The notes beneath the pieces are model-generated. The model made no database searches. It was not told the DNA's origin and saw nothing but the letters and a program-made list of their open reading frames with translations. Below, in pieces: positions 39,416 to 51,338 of a stretch of DNA of 64,000 nt (positions within the stretch are counted from its first letter, which is position 1; each line of letters opens with the position of its first letter). Made by a program: the position numbers and the translations under genes. The DNA lies in the NCBI GenBank assembly GCA_043228905.1, contig JBHGNT010000003.1, positions 15,624,001 through 15,688,000 of the forward strand, read 5' to 3'. Source of the DNA: Azolla caroliniana (taxonomy: Eukaryota > Plantae > Polypodiophyta).

Positions 39416-39534
39416 TGTTACGGCATGACCATATAATATCCCGTGGTGAGAATTTACCGTAGTATTCTATACACATGTATAGAATACTACGGTAAATTCT
39501 CACCACGGGATATTATATGGTCATGCCCGTAACA
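39416..39534. mobile_element. 119-bp fold-back palindrome made of two inverted copies of the chromovirus LTR 5' end
   Basis: 58/59-bp arms, 2-nt centre, TGTTAC..GTAACA ends; flanks agaca/ggaca; arms match 46686-46744 and 50865-50923. Confidence 0.9.
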
Positions 39535-39783
39535 GGACAAGAGCGGGAACAAATCGGAGAGAACCAATTCACACGAGCCAAATCATATGAAGGCCAAACA
39601 GATGAGGAGGCAACCGAAGTTGGCGCCGATATGAAGGAGTCGATGGGTCTGTTGGCATAAAAAGGCGGATTCCTTTCACTTTGTATTCTAGTGTGAACTC
39701 GTCTAAAGAGTTAGGGCTTAGTATATAAGCAATAACCTACCGTTGTCAAGACTAGCTTGATCATTCGTGTATAGTGCGTCTCT

Positions 39784-39787
39784 GAGA

Positions 39788-39860
<73 letters not shown>
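39784..39860. repeat. (GA)n microsatellite inside the Copia C LTR
   Basis: Near-perfect GA run. Confidence 0.95.
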
Positions 39861-39862
<2 letters not shown>

Positions 39863-40201
39863 GAATAATAGTGTTTCCATTAAAAGCTTCCAACCTGTAC
39901 ATTCTCTATTTATCTTCTTGCCTTCGTTCTGAGTTGTTTGCTGAGCACATAGAACAGGTCCTCACACATATGTTTTCCGCACATTTGATCTTCAAGTGGT
40001 ATTAGAGAAACTTGTTGCTTAACGACAACAAACAACAGAAAATCTGAAAGGAAAAAGACCAGGTCAATAAAAATGTGACTTTCGAAGAAGAACATGGCTT
40101 GCACATCCGGAACAAGAGTTGAAATCAGAAAATTCGAGGGCAAAGATTTGCCCTTTGGAATGAGATGATGCAGGACGTATTGATTATTCAAAGGTAGGTT
40201 G

Positions 40202-40709
40202 TGATGAGAAATGCGCGGAATATCGCTCAGCCACAACCGAGTAGTAAGTCACTTCTATGAGAATCTAACACAGAAATGAGAAGTAGAGAGTACAAAAGAA
40301 AATGACATAGGATGTTTACGTGGAAAACCCTAATAGGGAAAAACCACGGGAGCCCACAGACTCCGAAATATCACTATGAAGAGAAGGGGTACAATCAGAG
40401 ACTCGGAGGCAACGGCCTCGAGCTCTATTTCTTCGCATAGTGGCGGTTACAACGGAGTATCGCTTTGTATCCCTCTCTCTCTCTCTTTGTCACTCACTCT
40501 ATACAACAGTTACTAGAACAATAAAAACCATACTACAGTGATTTCCCTAAGTCATATTTATACTTATATGAACTTAGGGCTATTTACAAATATAGCCTCA
40601 ATGGGCTTACTCAGAAACATATTTATAGATATGTCTTCTACATCTGGTTCTCACCGGGTCTTCTACATCCGGTTCTCTAGATCCCATCCGGAGGGACCGA
40701 AATCCAACA
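40202..40709 (-). mobile_element. Copia solo LTR inserted in Copia C gag
   Basis: TG..CA, perfect TSD GGTTG (40197-40201, 40710-40714); gag resumes after it. Shares motifs (tagggtttccac, tttgtaaatagccc) with the 41407 LTR in reverse orientation. Confidence 0.88.
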
Positions 40710-42100
40710 GGTTGAAGTTATTTGACACAACGAAAAGCATGCCTCAATGACAATTGAAGAATAGAAATCTATGGACAAAATCGCTTGCTCCGCCATTTCA
40801 ATGCACCTAGCCGAAAACGTCTACTTCAGCAAGGCAAAAGAGACGACAATGTTCTCATTGTGGGAGAAGCTACAAGTCGTGTACGAGAAAAAGTCCTCAT
40901 CTTCAAAACTAATTTTGATCAAATAACTGTTCAACATGAAGGTGAGAGAGACTGATTCGGCTATCTACCACATCAACACCTGTAGTCGGGTGTTTTCAGA
41001 ACTCTCCTCACAAGGGATCAACTTTGAAGAAGAAGTGAAAGCCCTTGCTCTCCTATCGAGCTTGCCGGCGAGTTGGGAGGTATTCTGCACGACATACGCC
41101 AACACTCGACCGATCCAAAATTTGGATGAGACGATCCACCAAGTCCTCACCGAGGACATTCCGCCAAAATTGATGGGACTCACCATCGACGAGTGAGCAT
41201 AAGCCCATCACTCGACCTAGTCGATTGAACGATTGAGTCGATCGAGAGAAAAAGCTGACAGAACCGGTTGGAACACCAACTGATAAAAAATGAGGGGAGA
41301 CCGACAACAGTCGAAGTCAAGAACGGGTCGATAAGGTGAATTCTGCACACACTGCTAAAAATCTAGCCACAATGTTTTCGACTATTGGTCGATCAAGAGA
41401 AAAGTTTGTTAGGAATATGTCCCGCTAATGGGAGGAGCCGACTGCTTGGAGAGAGCCGGCAGTCAAATACAAAGAGCAGCTAACTGATCGGATGAGAGCT
41501 GATCGTTGAGGAGTCGGCTCAGAGAGAGTTGATCGAGGTCAAAGACACGACCGACTAGTCGGGGCGACCAGATGGTCGATGACCAGGCCGACTAGTCGGA
41601 CTGACTCGATAGTCGACGGATGAGTCGGTTGCTTAGTAAGACTATTATTAATATTAGATAATAATAGGAATGATAGTAGTAGTGGCTACATTTGTAAATA
41701 GCCCATATAGGGCATAAGTATAAATACACTTAGGGCAAACAGTTTGAGAAGATATACGTAGAACAGGTGAATGCGTGAGCCTTTGTAGCATAGCACGACA
41801 GAGAAGAGTGTGTGACCGTGAGTGAGTGAGTGGCACCATAGCTGTGTTTAGTAACAGCATACGCCAAGAGCCCCGTGAGGTTGTTTACACTCTTTGTAGA
41901 GAGTGTTGTACTCTGATCTTGTTGTATATCCTCTATATAGTGAAGCTCTGTTCTCCATGGTTTTCTCCCACTTTAGGGTTTCCACATTAAATCTATGTAC
42001 ACTGTTTTCTATGTTTCATAGTTGTGTATTTAAGCATATTCTTTTTCTTGTGGATTGATGATTCATTTCTCAAAAATTTGGTATGAGCGCTTGAGGTGCA

Positions 42101-45100
42101 ATGATGGAAGGTGTGAGTGGCTTCCCAAGAATGATAGTTCTAAACTCTCAAAACTATGCAGACTGGAAGATAAAGATGGAGGACCTTCTCATAGTCAAAG
42201 ACTTGTACGAGCCGATCGACAGAGTAGAAATACCCACGGGGGTATTAACGTCGGAATGGAAACTTCTTAACAGAAAGTCGATGACCACCATCCGGTAGTG
42301 TGTCGATGTAAGTGTCCTTCAACATGTGGTGAATGGCACAAATGCCCACGAGATGTGGCAAAAGCTGTCAGGTCAATATGAGAGGAAGAACACCCTCAAT
42401 AAAACCTCACTAATGAGAAAGATCATACGGCTGAAATACAGAGACGGTGAGAGCATCGTCGAACACATCAACACATTCATGGGGTATGTAAATCAACTTG
42501 CTGCAACCAAGTTTCCCTTTGATGATGCTATGCATGCCATCCTATTGATGTGCACACTACCGGATAGCTGGGAGAACTTGGTGGTTACTCTCAACGCCTC
42601 TTGTCAAGAAGAGAACTTGTCTTCACAAGGGGTGAAGACAAGAATCCTGAATGAGGAAGCGAGAAGGAAGGACAAAGGTGTCCTAGTCCAGCCGGAGTCA
42701 AATTTGACTCAACAGATCGGCAATGGAAGGAATCGGTAAAGAAGTCCACCAAGGAGAGAAAAGTCTCAAGCCAGATCGAAGTCCAGAGGAAAACTCGTGT
42801 GCTTTTATTGTGGAAAGCCTGGACATTTCCAGAAGGACTGCCGACACCTTAAAAAGGAAAAGAGTGTCGGTAATAATGTCGAACCCAGGAAGATTCTTGA
42901 AGAAAAGTACAATTCAGCCATTGCTACGAGCAATGAAGAACTTTTGTTCATTTGTGAATAGACAAGTGCAAATCTTGCAAGCGAAGAATGCACTTGGGTG
43001 ATCGACTCCGGTCTATCCTTCCACATAACTCCGTCAAGAGAGTATTTCTCGACTTACATAGCCGATGATCATGGTTATATAAAGATTGGTGATAGTGGGG
43101 AGTGCAAGATAGCCGGAGTCAGAAGTGTCTCCGTAACGACGTCGACAAGGTGTCGACTGACTCTGAAGAATGTTTGAGATGCCCCCAATATCAGATTGAA
43201 TTTGATATCGACTGGAAGATTGGACGACAAAGGCTACAATGGTAGTTTTCAGAATGGCAAGTGGAAGATCTGCCGAGGAAATAATATAGTGGCCAGAGCA
43301 CAGAAGGAAGGCACATTGTATATGATACAAGCCCGATTGTGCAAGCCGGAAGTGAATGTGGCAGCCGACTCGGCAGGACAAATATGGCATAAGAGGCAAG
43401 GCCACATGAGTGAGAAGGAACTGAATCTGTTGGCCGAACAGAAGCTTCTACCAGAAGTAAAGGGAGTGCACCTGGAGAAATGCATCAACTGCTTAGTTGG
43501 AAAGTAGAACAGAGCAACATTCCACACATGGCCAACATGAAGAAGAAAAGTTGCACTAGAACTGGTACACACGGATGTGTGTTATGTAGATGCTCCGTCA
43601 CATTGAGGCGGATAGTACTTTGTGACTTTCACTGATGACAATAGTTGGAAGTTGTGGGCTTTCGTACTAAAATAAAAAAATCAAGTACTGTCATTTTTCA
43701 AGGAGTTCTACGCAAGAGCTTAATGGGAGTCAGGTCGGAAGTTGAAGTATGTTCAAACCGACAATGGTGGTCAATATAAAGGGTTGTTCGAGGAATACTG
43801 CAAGGCCCAAGGTATTCGAATTGAATACATAGTACCGAAGAACCCTGTCGCATGCTAAACTGCCGAAAATACATTCGACTAAGGTGATGTACACGGTTGT
43901 TTATCTAATCAACAGATCCCCCTGAATATCGATGAAAGGTGATGTCCCACAAAAGGTGTGGACAGGAAAGGATGTCTCCTACCGACACGTGAGGGTGTTT
44001 GGATGCCTAGTGTATATGCATGTAGCTAAAGATCAGAGGTCAAACCTTGACAATAAGTCGAAACCATGCATATTCATGGGATACTCAGAAGATGAGTTTG
44101 GCTATAGGCTATGGGACCTAGTCGACAAGAAGGTAGTGAGGAGTCTAGACGTAGTCTTCTTGGAAGACAAGAACATAGAGGACTGGAAGCAACAGAAGTT
44201 AGAATCGTCTAACCAATCAACCTCCACTATCGACTTGAGGCCAAGTGAACCGACAGAGTTAGCTGTTCAAAGACAACGAATTAGCATAGCCAAATCCGAG
44301 TCAGTCGACTCGGAGAGACCGACCGACTATGAGAGTGAGTCGGCAGATCTGTTAAAGTTGATCAATGAATACGAATCGGAGTCAGTGGACATCCGACAAC
44401 AGATCGACATGAATGAACCGAGAGAAGAGTTGGTAGAGACATCCGTACGAGGGCCAACAATGAGTGGAAGGAGATACCCACTCAGAGAAAGGAGAGAACT
44501 GATGACATATGCCAGTCAATACATCCTCTTGACTGATGAAGGTGAACCCAAGTGCTATGACGAAGCCATTGCCGATAAGCACAGAGGAAAATGGTTGAGC
44601 GCAATGCAGGATGAGATGAACTCCCTACATGAGAACTACACCTATGACCTAGTAGAAGTATCGAAAGGTAAGAGAGCACTCAGGAATAAACGGGTCTACA
44701 AGGTGAAGATTGGAGAAGTCGACAATGCGCATAGGTATAAAGTCTGCATTGTGTTGAAGGGTTTCCAACAGAAAAACGACATTGACTTTTATGAAATATT
44801 TTCTTGAGTTGTGAAGATGACATCCATTAGAACTGTTCTGAGCATAGCTGCTAGCATGGATTTGGAGATCGAACTATTGGAAGTCAAGACAACATTCTTG
44901 CACGGGGAGCTGGATGAAGAGATCTACATGTTGCAGCTCGAAGGCTTTGTGGAGAAAGGGAAAGTGAATCTGGTGTGTCGATTGAAGAAAAGCTTGTATG
45001 GGTTGAAACAAGCTCCAGGCCAATGGTACAAGAAGTTCAAGTCCTTGATGGTGGAACATAGGACCTTCCAGAAAACATAGGTTGATCATTGTGTGTTCGT

Positions 45101-46098
45101 CAAAAGGTACGATGAAGGTGATTTCTTGATTCTCTTGTTATATGTAGATGACATGTTGATAGTCGGTCAATATACAAGGAAGATCAGAAGCTTGAAGAAA
45201 GCTCTAGGCAAATCGTTTGCCATGAAAGATCTTGGACCAGCTAAACAAATCTTAGGGATGCACATAGTTCGAGATAGAACCAAGAAAGTGTTGTGGTTGT
45301 AACTTGTCACAAGGGAAATACGTGACTAAGATCCTAGAAAGATTCAACATATCGGAAACAAAGCTGGTCGGCTCTGTGTTACTGACTAACTGCAAGTTAA
45401 ATGCAAAGCAATGCCCGAGAGGGGAGAATGAAAAGGCTGAGATAAGGAAAGTACCATATGCTTCAGCCATCAACAGTCTAATGTATGCTATGGTCTGCAT
45501 GAAACCAGACATAGCTTTTGTTGTGGGAATAGTAAGCCCATACATGAGTAATCCAGGACGAGAACACTGGGCAACGGTGAAATGGATACTCAAGTACTTA
45601 AGAGACACCTTGGGTGTGTGTCTTAAATATGGTGTCGGAAAACCCATGCTTGAAGGGTTTATCGACTCGGACATGTCGGGGGATGTAGACTCAATCCAAT
45701 CCACGTCAGGGTACGTGATGACCGATGCAGGGGGAGCAGTGTCGTGGTAGACACGACTGGAGAAGTTTGTGGCCTTGTCGACCATAGAGGCAAAGTACAT
45801 GGCAACGGTGGAGGACGGCAAGGAGCTAATTTGGATGAGAAACTTTCTCAGCGAGTTGGGGATAAAACAAAGGAATTTCATGCTTCATTGTGACAACTAG
45901 AGTGCCATACATCTAGCCAAGAAAGTTGCATACCATTCCCGGACCAACCACATACAAAGAAGGTATCACTGGTTATGGGAGAAAGTTGAAGAAGGAGAGT
46001 TTACCCTCGTGAAGATCAATACTGACGACAATGGATCTGACATGCTGACAAAGAACCTACCGATGGACTGACTTAGAGTTTGTCGACAGAGGACATGA
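42101..46098 (+). pseudogene. Copia D gag-pol, many stops
   Basis: [77 protein letters not shown]. Confidence 0.92.
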
Positions 46099-46100
46099 AT

Positions 46101-46524
46101 TGTCAGAACCGAGAATAAAACATAGAGTGATGGAAGAAGGATATAAGAGAACATGAGAAGAAAGGAACGAAATGCTAAGAGAAGACTGGGTGTGTATTAA
46201 GATAGAGAAAGAAAGAGAATGGATACAAGATATATAATGAGAGCTAAAGAATGGTATTGATTTGAATTGCTTTGAGAATGCATGTATGCCCTTATTTATA
46301 GGTTCCTATAGAATAGCTTAGAGATTTCTATAATGTTCTAGAATATTCTAGGACATTCTAGAATGATCTAGAGTTTTTACAATAATCAATGTAATACAAA
46401 AAGTAGCTTTTATCCTCTCATATGTCAACAATAAGGTATCTTAATGGTTGAGGTTTTCAATTATGGATTACAAGGTTTGAGGTTCAAGTTTGGGTGGCGC
46501 CATCATGGTCATGTGTTCATGACA
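46101..46524 (-). mobile_element. Solo LTR inserted at the end of Copia D pol
   Basis: tgtca...tgaca termini; minus-strand TATA (ttatttata); Copia D resumes after it. Imperfect TSD (tgaat/gaaat). Confidence 0.68.
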
Positions 46525-46974
46525 GAAATAATGGACTCCTCCCCACAGGAGTGAAGGGGGAGTCTGTTAGGAATATGTCCCTCCAGTGGGAGGAGCCGAC
46601 TGATCGGAGAGAGCCTCCATTGTATAGTGAAGCTCTGTTCTCTATGGTTTTCTCCCACTTTAGGGTTTCCACATTAAATTTGTGTTGTTACCGGCATGAC
46701 CATATAATATCCCGTGGTCCGAATTTACCGTAGTATTCTATACACGTGGATAAGTGTGAGGGTTAAATGAGAGTGTAAAGAAGGGGAGGATTACTTTTAA
46801 TCCTCGGGATTGAGACAACCCATTAGGCCAACTGTGAACATGGCTGGGGGCCTTGGGTATCGCTATAAATAAGAGGCCTAGCTACCCTCATTTGATGATT
46901 TGTTGACTACGTCGAGACTCTGTCTTGTGGTGAGTCGTACCTGGTGCTGGCGCGCTCGCTACAAGAGTTGACCC

Positions 46975-48678
46975 TAATGGCCATAGCGCGTACAAAATGT
47001 CGTTTTAGGAACATCGTCCTCACTTATATGAATTTGATGGTAGCTAGTACGGAGATCAGCTTTCGTAAAATACCGAGCTCCTTGGAGATGGTCAATTAGA
47101 TCGTTAGCCCGGGGCAATGTATACGAATTCTTGATCGTCACTTTAATCAAGCATCGGTAATTAATACACATACGCCATGTGCCCTCTTTCTTTTTAACTA
47201 AGAGAACGAGTGCCCCCCATGGAGATTTGCTATAACGTATATAACCCATTCGTAAATAGTCCTTGAGTTGCTTAGCTACCTCATCCTCTTCAGATCGACT
47301 TAAGTGATAAGGAGGTACACTTATTGGTGCAATGCAAGGTACAATATCGATACGATGGTCAATATTACGTTTAGGAGGTAAACCATCTGGTAGTTCACTA
47401 GGAAAAACATCACGAAAATCATTTAAGATTTCATCAAGTTGTTGTTGTTCAAAATATGTTAATTGAACCGAGACATTATCGATATTGTAAACGTGAATGT
47501 CCAGATCAAGTACACAATAAAATAGAGTAGAACAAGACAACTCGGATATTGATGGAGAGGAAACAATCTAGAGGGATTTTTTTTTACACATTGAATAAAA
47601 TGAGTACAATCGTCCAGTACAAATGTTATTGAATGATGAACCCAATCAATAGATAAAGAAGAGTTTTTATTATAAAACCAGGGATAAACCAGTATTACAT
47701 CGGTGGTACAAAGATTCATTACATGGAAGTCTACTTCCTCTATATAAGTATCAATAGAAGTTCCCAATGAATGAATCGCCCCGTTCATGTATTGTACTCT
47801 TCCATCAGCCAAGTGCACCGTGTAGCTGTGATCACTTACGGTGGGTTGGATTCCCCATATCTGAACCAAACAATCATTGACAAAGTTGTGTGAGCTTCTC
47901 GAATCAAATAAAAATTGTACGGGAGATCCATTGATATACCCATTTGCACATAGTAAATCATTGGGACCCAATACATAGTGAGGGAAAGAACATTGACAAT
48001 CACTTAAATGATGTGTATAGACCTGAAGGACATTAGGAATCTGACCTTTATGGTCTGCAACTTTAGCTTTGTTGTCGTGCTCTTTCTGTTGGAGCTTTTG
48101 ACATTGCTCTTTTGTATGACCCTTCTTTTTGCAGAATACGCAAAAAGGATGTTGTCGCTTACAATCGGGATCCATGAATTCGTTGGGTGTCTTGCGTTTC
48201 CTAGCGAATTGCGACAGCTTAGTCCCGGGCGCTTCGTTGGGTTTGTTATGGTCCTTCTTCGAAGTACGTTGATAGCGAAGAACTATTTCAATGGCCTCTT
48301 CGAAGGATTTTGGATCCTTATCGTGCACTATCCAGTGATAGTCCGAATTGGGGGTGCCATTGACAAAACAAGTTATTAACCAATTGTCCCCTTCTACGCC
48401 CGATTTTTGGATTTGGGTTCTAGCATGGTGAACATAGTCTTCTAGCGAGGAAAACTTCCTGCTAGAGAGGTTCATTAAAGCTTGTGCTGCGTCGGTTCGA
48501 GAGGGAGGTTACAAAAATTGGCCCTTGAAAACTGTGACAAAATCTATCCAGGTATCGGGCAATTTCCCCAAAGTACAGAGCCCACGCCACCAGGCGGTGG
48601 CCTGACCCCCTAGTTCTCGGCCGACATATGCAATCTTCGTACTATCTGGCGTGGGATAGAGCTCAAAATGAGACTTCT
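46975..48678 (-). pseudogene. Inverted gag, protease and RT N-half of the chromovirus
   Basis: [76 protein letters not shown]. Confidence 0.9.
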
Positions 48679-50850
48679 TCAAAAAATCAATTACTTATCT
48701 TGGACATCTCATAACCGAACGAGGAGTTGAAATTGATCCTTCTCGCATCGAGAAAATCAAGCTTTGGCCCACTCTTCGAAATATTCGAGAAGTTCGATCA
48801 TTCATTGGTTTTGTCGGGTTTTTGCGAAAGTCTCTTCGTAATTACTCCCAATTGACGACGCCATTTACTGATCTTCGAAAAGGTCAAACGCGTAAGTCTA
48901 CAAAACGTATTGTGTGGAATGCTACACTAGACCTCACCTTTAAGGAACTCAAGGACTTGGTTTGCAAGGCTCCTTCACTTCTTTTACCCGATCCTTCAAA
49001 ACCTTTGAGGTTGAAACCAATGAAAGCGATTATGATATAGGTGTTGTCTTATATCAAGATGGTAAATCAATAGCATTCGAGATTAAGAAACTTGATTCTG
49101 CTCAATGTTGGTATACCGTTCAAGAAAAGGAATTATTTGCAGTTATACATGCGCTCAAAACATGGCGCCATTATCTTTATGGAAATCGCTTTGTGGTAAC
49201 TACGGACCACGAGTCCTTGAAATATTTTTGTGATCAACAAGACCTGAAAGGTCGTAAGGCACGATGGGCTGATCTCATCTAGGACTTTGATTTTTCCATA
49301 CGATATCGTAAAGGTTCCATGAATACTGTCGCTGATGCACTAAGTCGCATACATGAATTTAACATGCTTAGCTTCACTGAAATATCATCAGATCTTTATG
49401 ATCACCTTTGAGGAAAGTATCCTGATGACAGTTATTTTGCAAAATACTGGGGAAGAGTTGAGTCTGGAACAGACACCACCACATCCTCAAAGGAATACTT
49501 CCACATTGCTAACGGTCTGCTCTACCATAATGGGAAGGTTTGTGTTCCAGATTTACCGGAGGTAAAAAAGAGGATTCTTTTTGAATGCCATGATGCACCC
49601 TCAGCAGGGCACCTTGGAATACATCGTACACTCGTTCTCATCTCCACTCAATTCTATTGGCCTAAGATACGCCCTGACATACATAGCTATGTGACTAAAT
49701 GTCACCAATGTCAGGTTAACAAAGCCGAGCGACTTAAAGCCGCAGGACTTTTACATCCCTTGGACATTCCCAATAAAAGTGGGAAAGTATATCTATGGAT
49801 TTTATTGTTAGCCTTCCTCGCACCCAAAAAGGTCATGATGCCATCTGGGTTGTGGTTGATAGACTAACTAAAATGGCCAGATTTATTGCTACTAAAACCA
49901 CAATAATAGCTCCTGAATTGGCTTACCAATTCGTTGACAGGTTATTTCGTTTTTATGGGTTAACGATGGATATCGTGAGTGATCGAGATCCAAAGTTTAC
50001 TAGTGACTTATGGACGCAAGTCTTCAAGAAGTTAGAAACTACATTGAGCATGAGCTCCACGTATCATCCTCAATCCGATGGACAGACAAAACGAGTAAAT
50101 CAAATTATTGAGGACATGCTTCAAGCATACATTGGTACAAAACCAACAAAATGGGAACGTTATCTCCCAAATTTGGAGTTTGCTTATAACAGCTCCAAGC
50201 ATACGTCGACGGGATATAGTCCTTTTATGTTGATGTATGGTTTTCAACCATGAGCCCCGATTGATGTTAATATACATCATGATGAGTTGTGAAGTACACA
50301 AAACTTTCTTCGGGATATGCAAGATATGTTGCATATTGCATGAGATAATATAAAAACAACTCAAGATAGAGCACGTTTTCATGCCGATCATCATAGGCAA
50401 CCTCGTGTATTCAACCTTGGACAGAAGGTTTTTTTTACGTGTACCTCACAATTCTAAGACATTGTCTACGGGTAAGTGCACTAAGTTAGACCCACGGTTT
50501 TGTGGACCATTTACAGTCCTCAAACACATTGGGTCATCAGCCTATCGCCTCGCTCTTCCCGATGGTGTTGGAATTCATCAAGTCTTTCATGTCAATCGTC
50601 TAAAAGAACTTCTAGGTTCTGGCGACAATACAATTACAACTGAAACTCTGGTTACTTCTGAAGATTTATCTTCTAAACCACATGTACCAGAAAGAATGCT
50701 CGATGTTAAAACAAAAAAATTATGTACTAAAGATATCTGAGGATTTAAAATAAAATGGATGGATATATCAATAAAAGATGCCACATGGGAACGCGAAAAT
50801 ACTCTCAGAACTAACTTCCCTAACTTTTCATTGCAAGTGTGCAATGTTTT
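48675..50850 (+). pseudogene. RT C-terminus, RNase H, integrase and chromodomain of the chromovirus
   Basis: ITYLGHLI, QEKELFAVIHALKTWRHYLYG, MDFIVSLP, SDRDPKF, HPQSDGQT, GPF, PERMLD..IKW..DATWE. Confidence 0.92.
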
Positions 50851-50864
50851 AAAGAGGGGGAGTA

Positions 50865-51338
50865 TGTTACGGGCATGACCATATAATATTCCGTGGTGCG
50901 AATTTACCGTAGTATTCTATACACGTGGATAAGTGTGAGGGTTAAACGAGAGTGTAAAGAAGGGGAGGATTACTTTTAATCCTCGAGATTGAGACAACCC
51001 ATTAGGCCATGTGTGAACATGGCTGGGGGGCCTTGGGTATCGCTATAAATAAGAGGCCTAGCTACCCTCATTTGATGATCTGTTGACTACGTCGAGACTC
51101 TGTCTTGTGGTGGGTCAACTCTTGTAGCAAGCGCGCCAGCACCAGGTACAACTCAACGCCACGACGGTGGTATGGGACGCCAATCGAGGCTCGAGTCTGT
51201 CTCGATCCCTTTGCTCGGGGGTGATCGGGTGGATCGGCACCCTTCTTTCTCTCTCTCCTTTCTATCTAGATCTTTATTCTATCCTTATCTAATGCTTACA
51301 TTAGTTCATGTATCTAAAAGTTGGTCATGCCCGTAACA
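50865..51338 (+). repeat. 3' LTR of chromovirus with 17-bp perfect terminal inverted repeat
   Basis: TGTTACGGGCATGACCA...TGGTCATGCCCGTAACA; TATA ctataaata ~51043. Confidence 0.92.

Larger units (their letters stand above)
46686..51338 (+). mobile_element. Chromodomain Ty3/Gypsy (chromovirus) with internally inverted gag-PR-RT segment
   Basis: TSD TGTGT (46681-46685, 51339-51343); 3' LTR 50865-51338 after PPT aaagagggggagta; partial 5' LTR 46686-46974. Confidence 0.92.

Noticed and set aside
39416-39534. Conventional miRNA gene or class II MITE
   Set aside because: Arms are entirely LTR-derived with TG..CA ends and a 5-bp flank duplication; no expression evidence is available.
41396-41406. 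TSD for Copia D
   Set aside because: Right flank agaga matches only 6 bp away from the left LTR end (agaga-aaagtt-TG), so no clean TSD is claimed.
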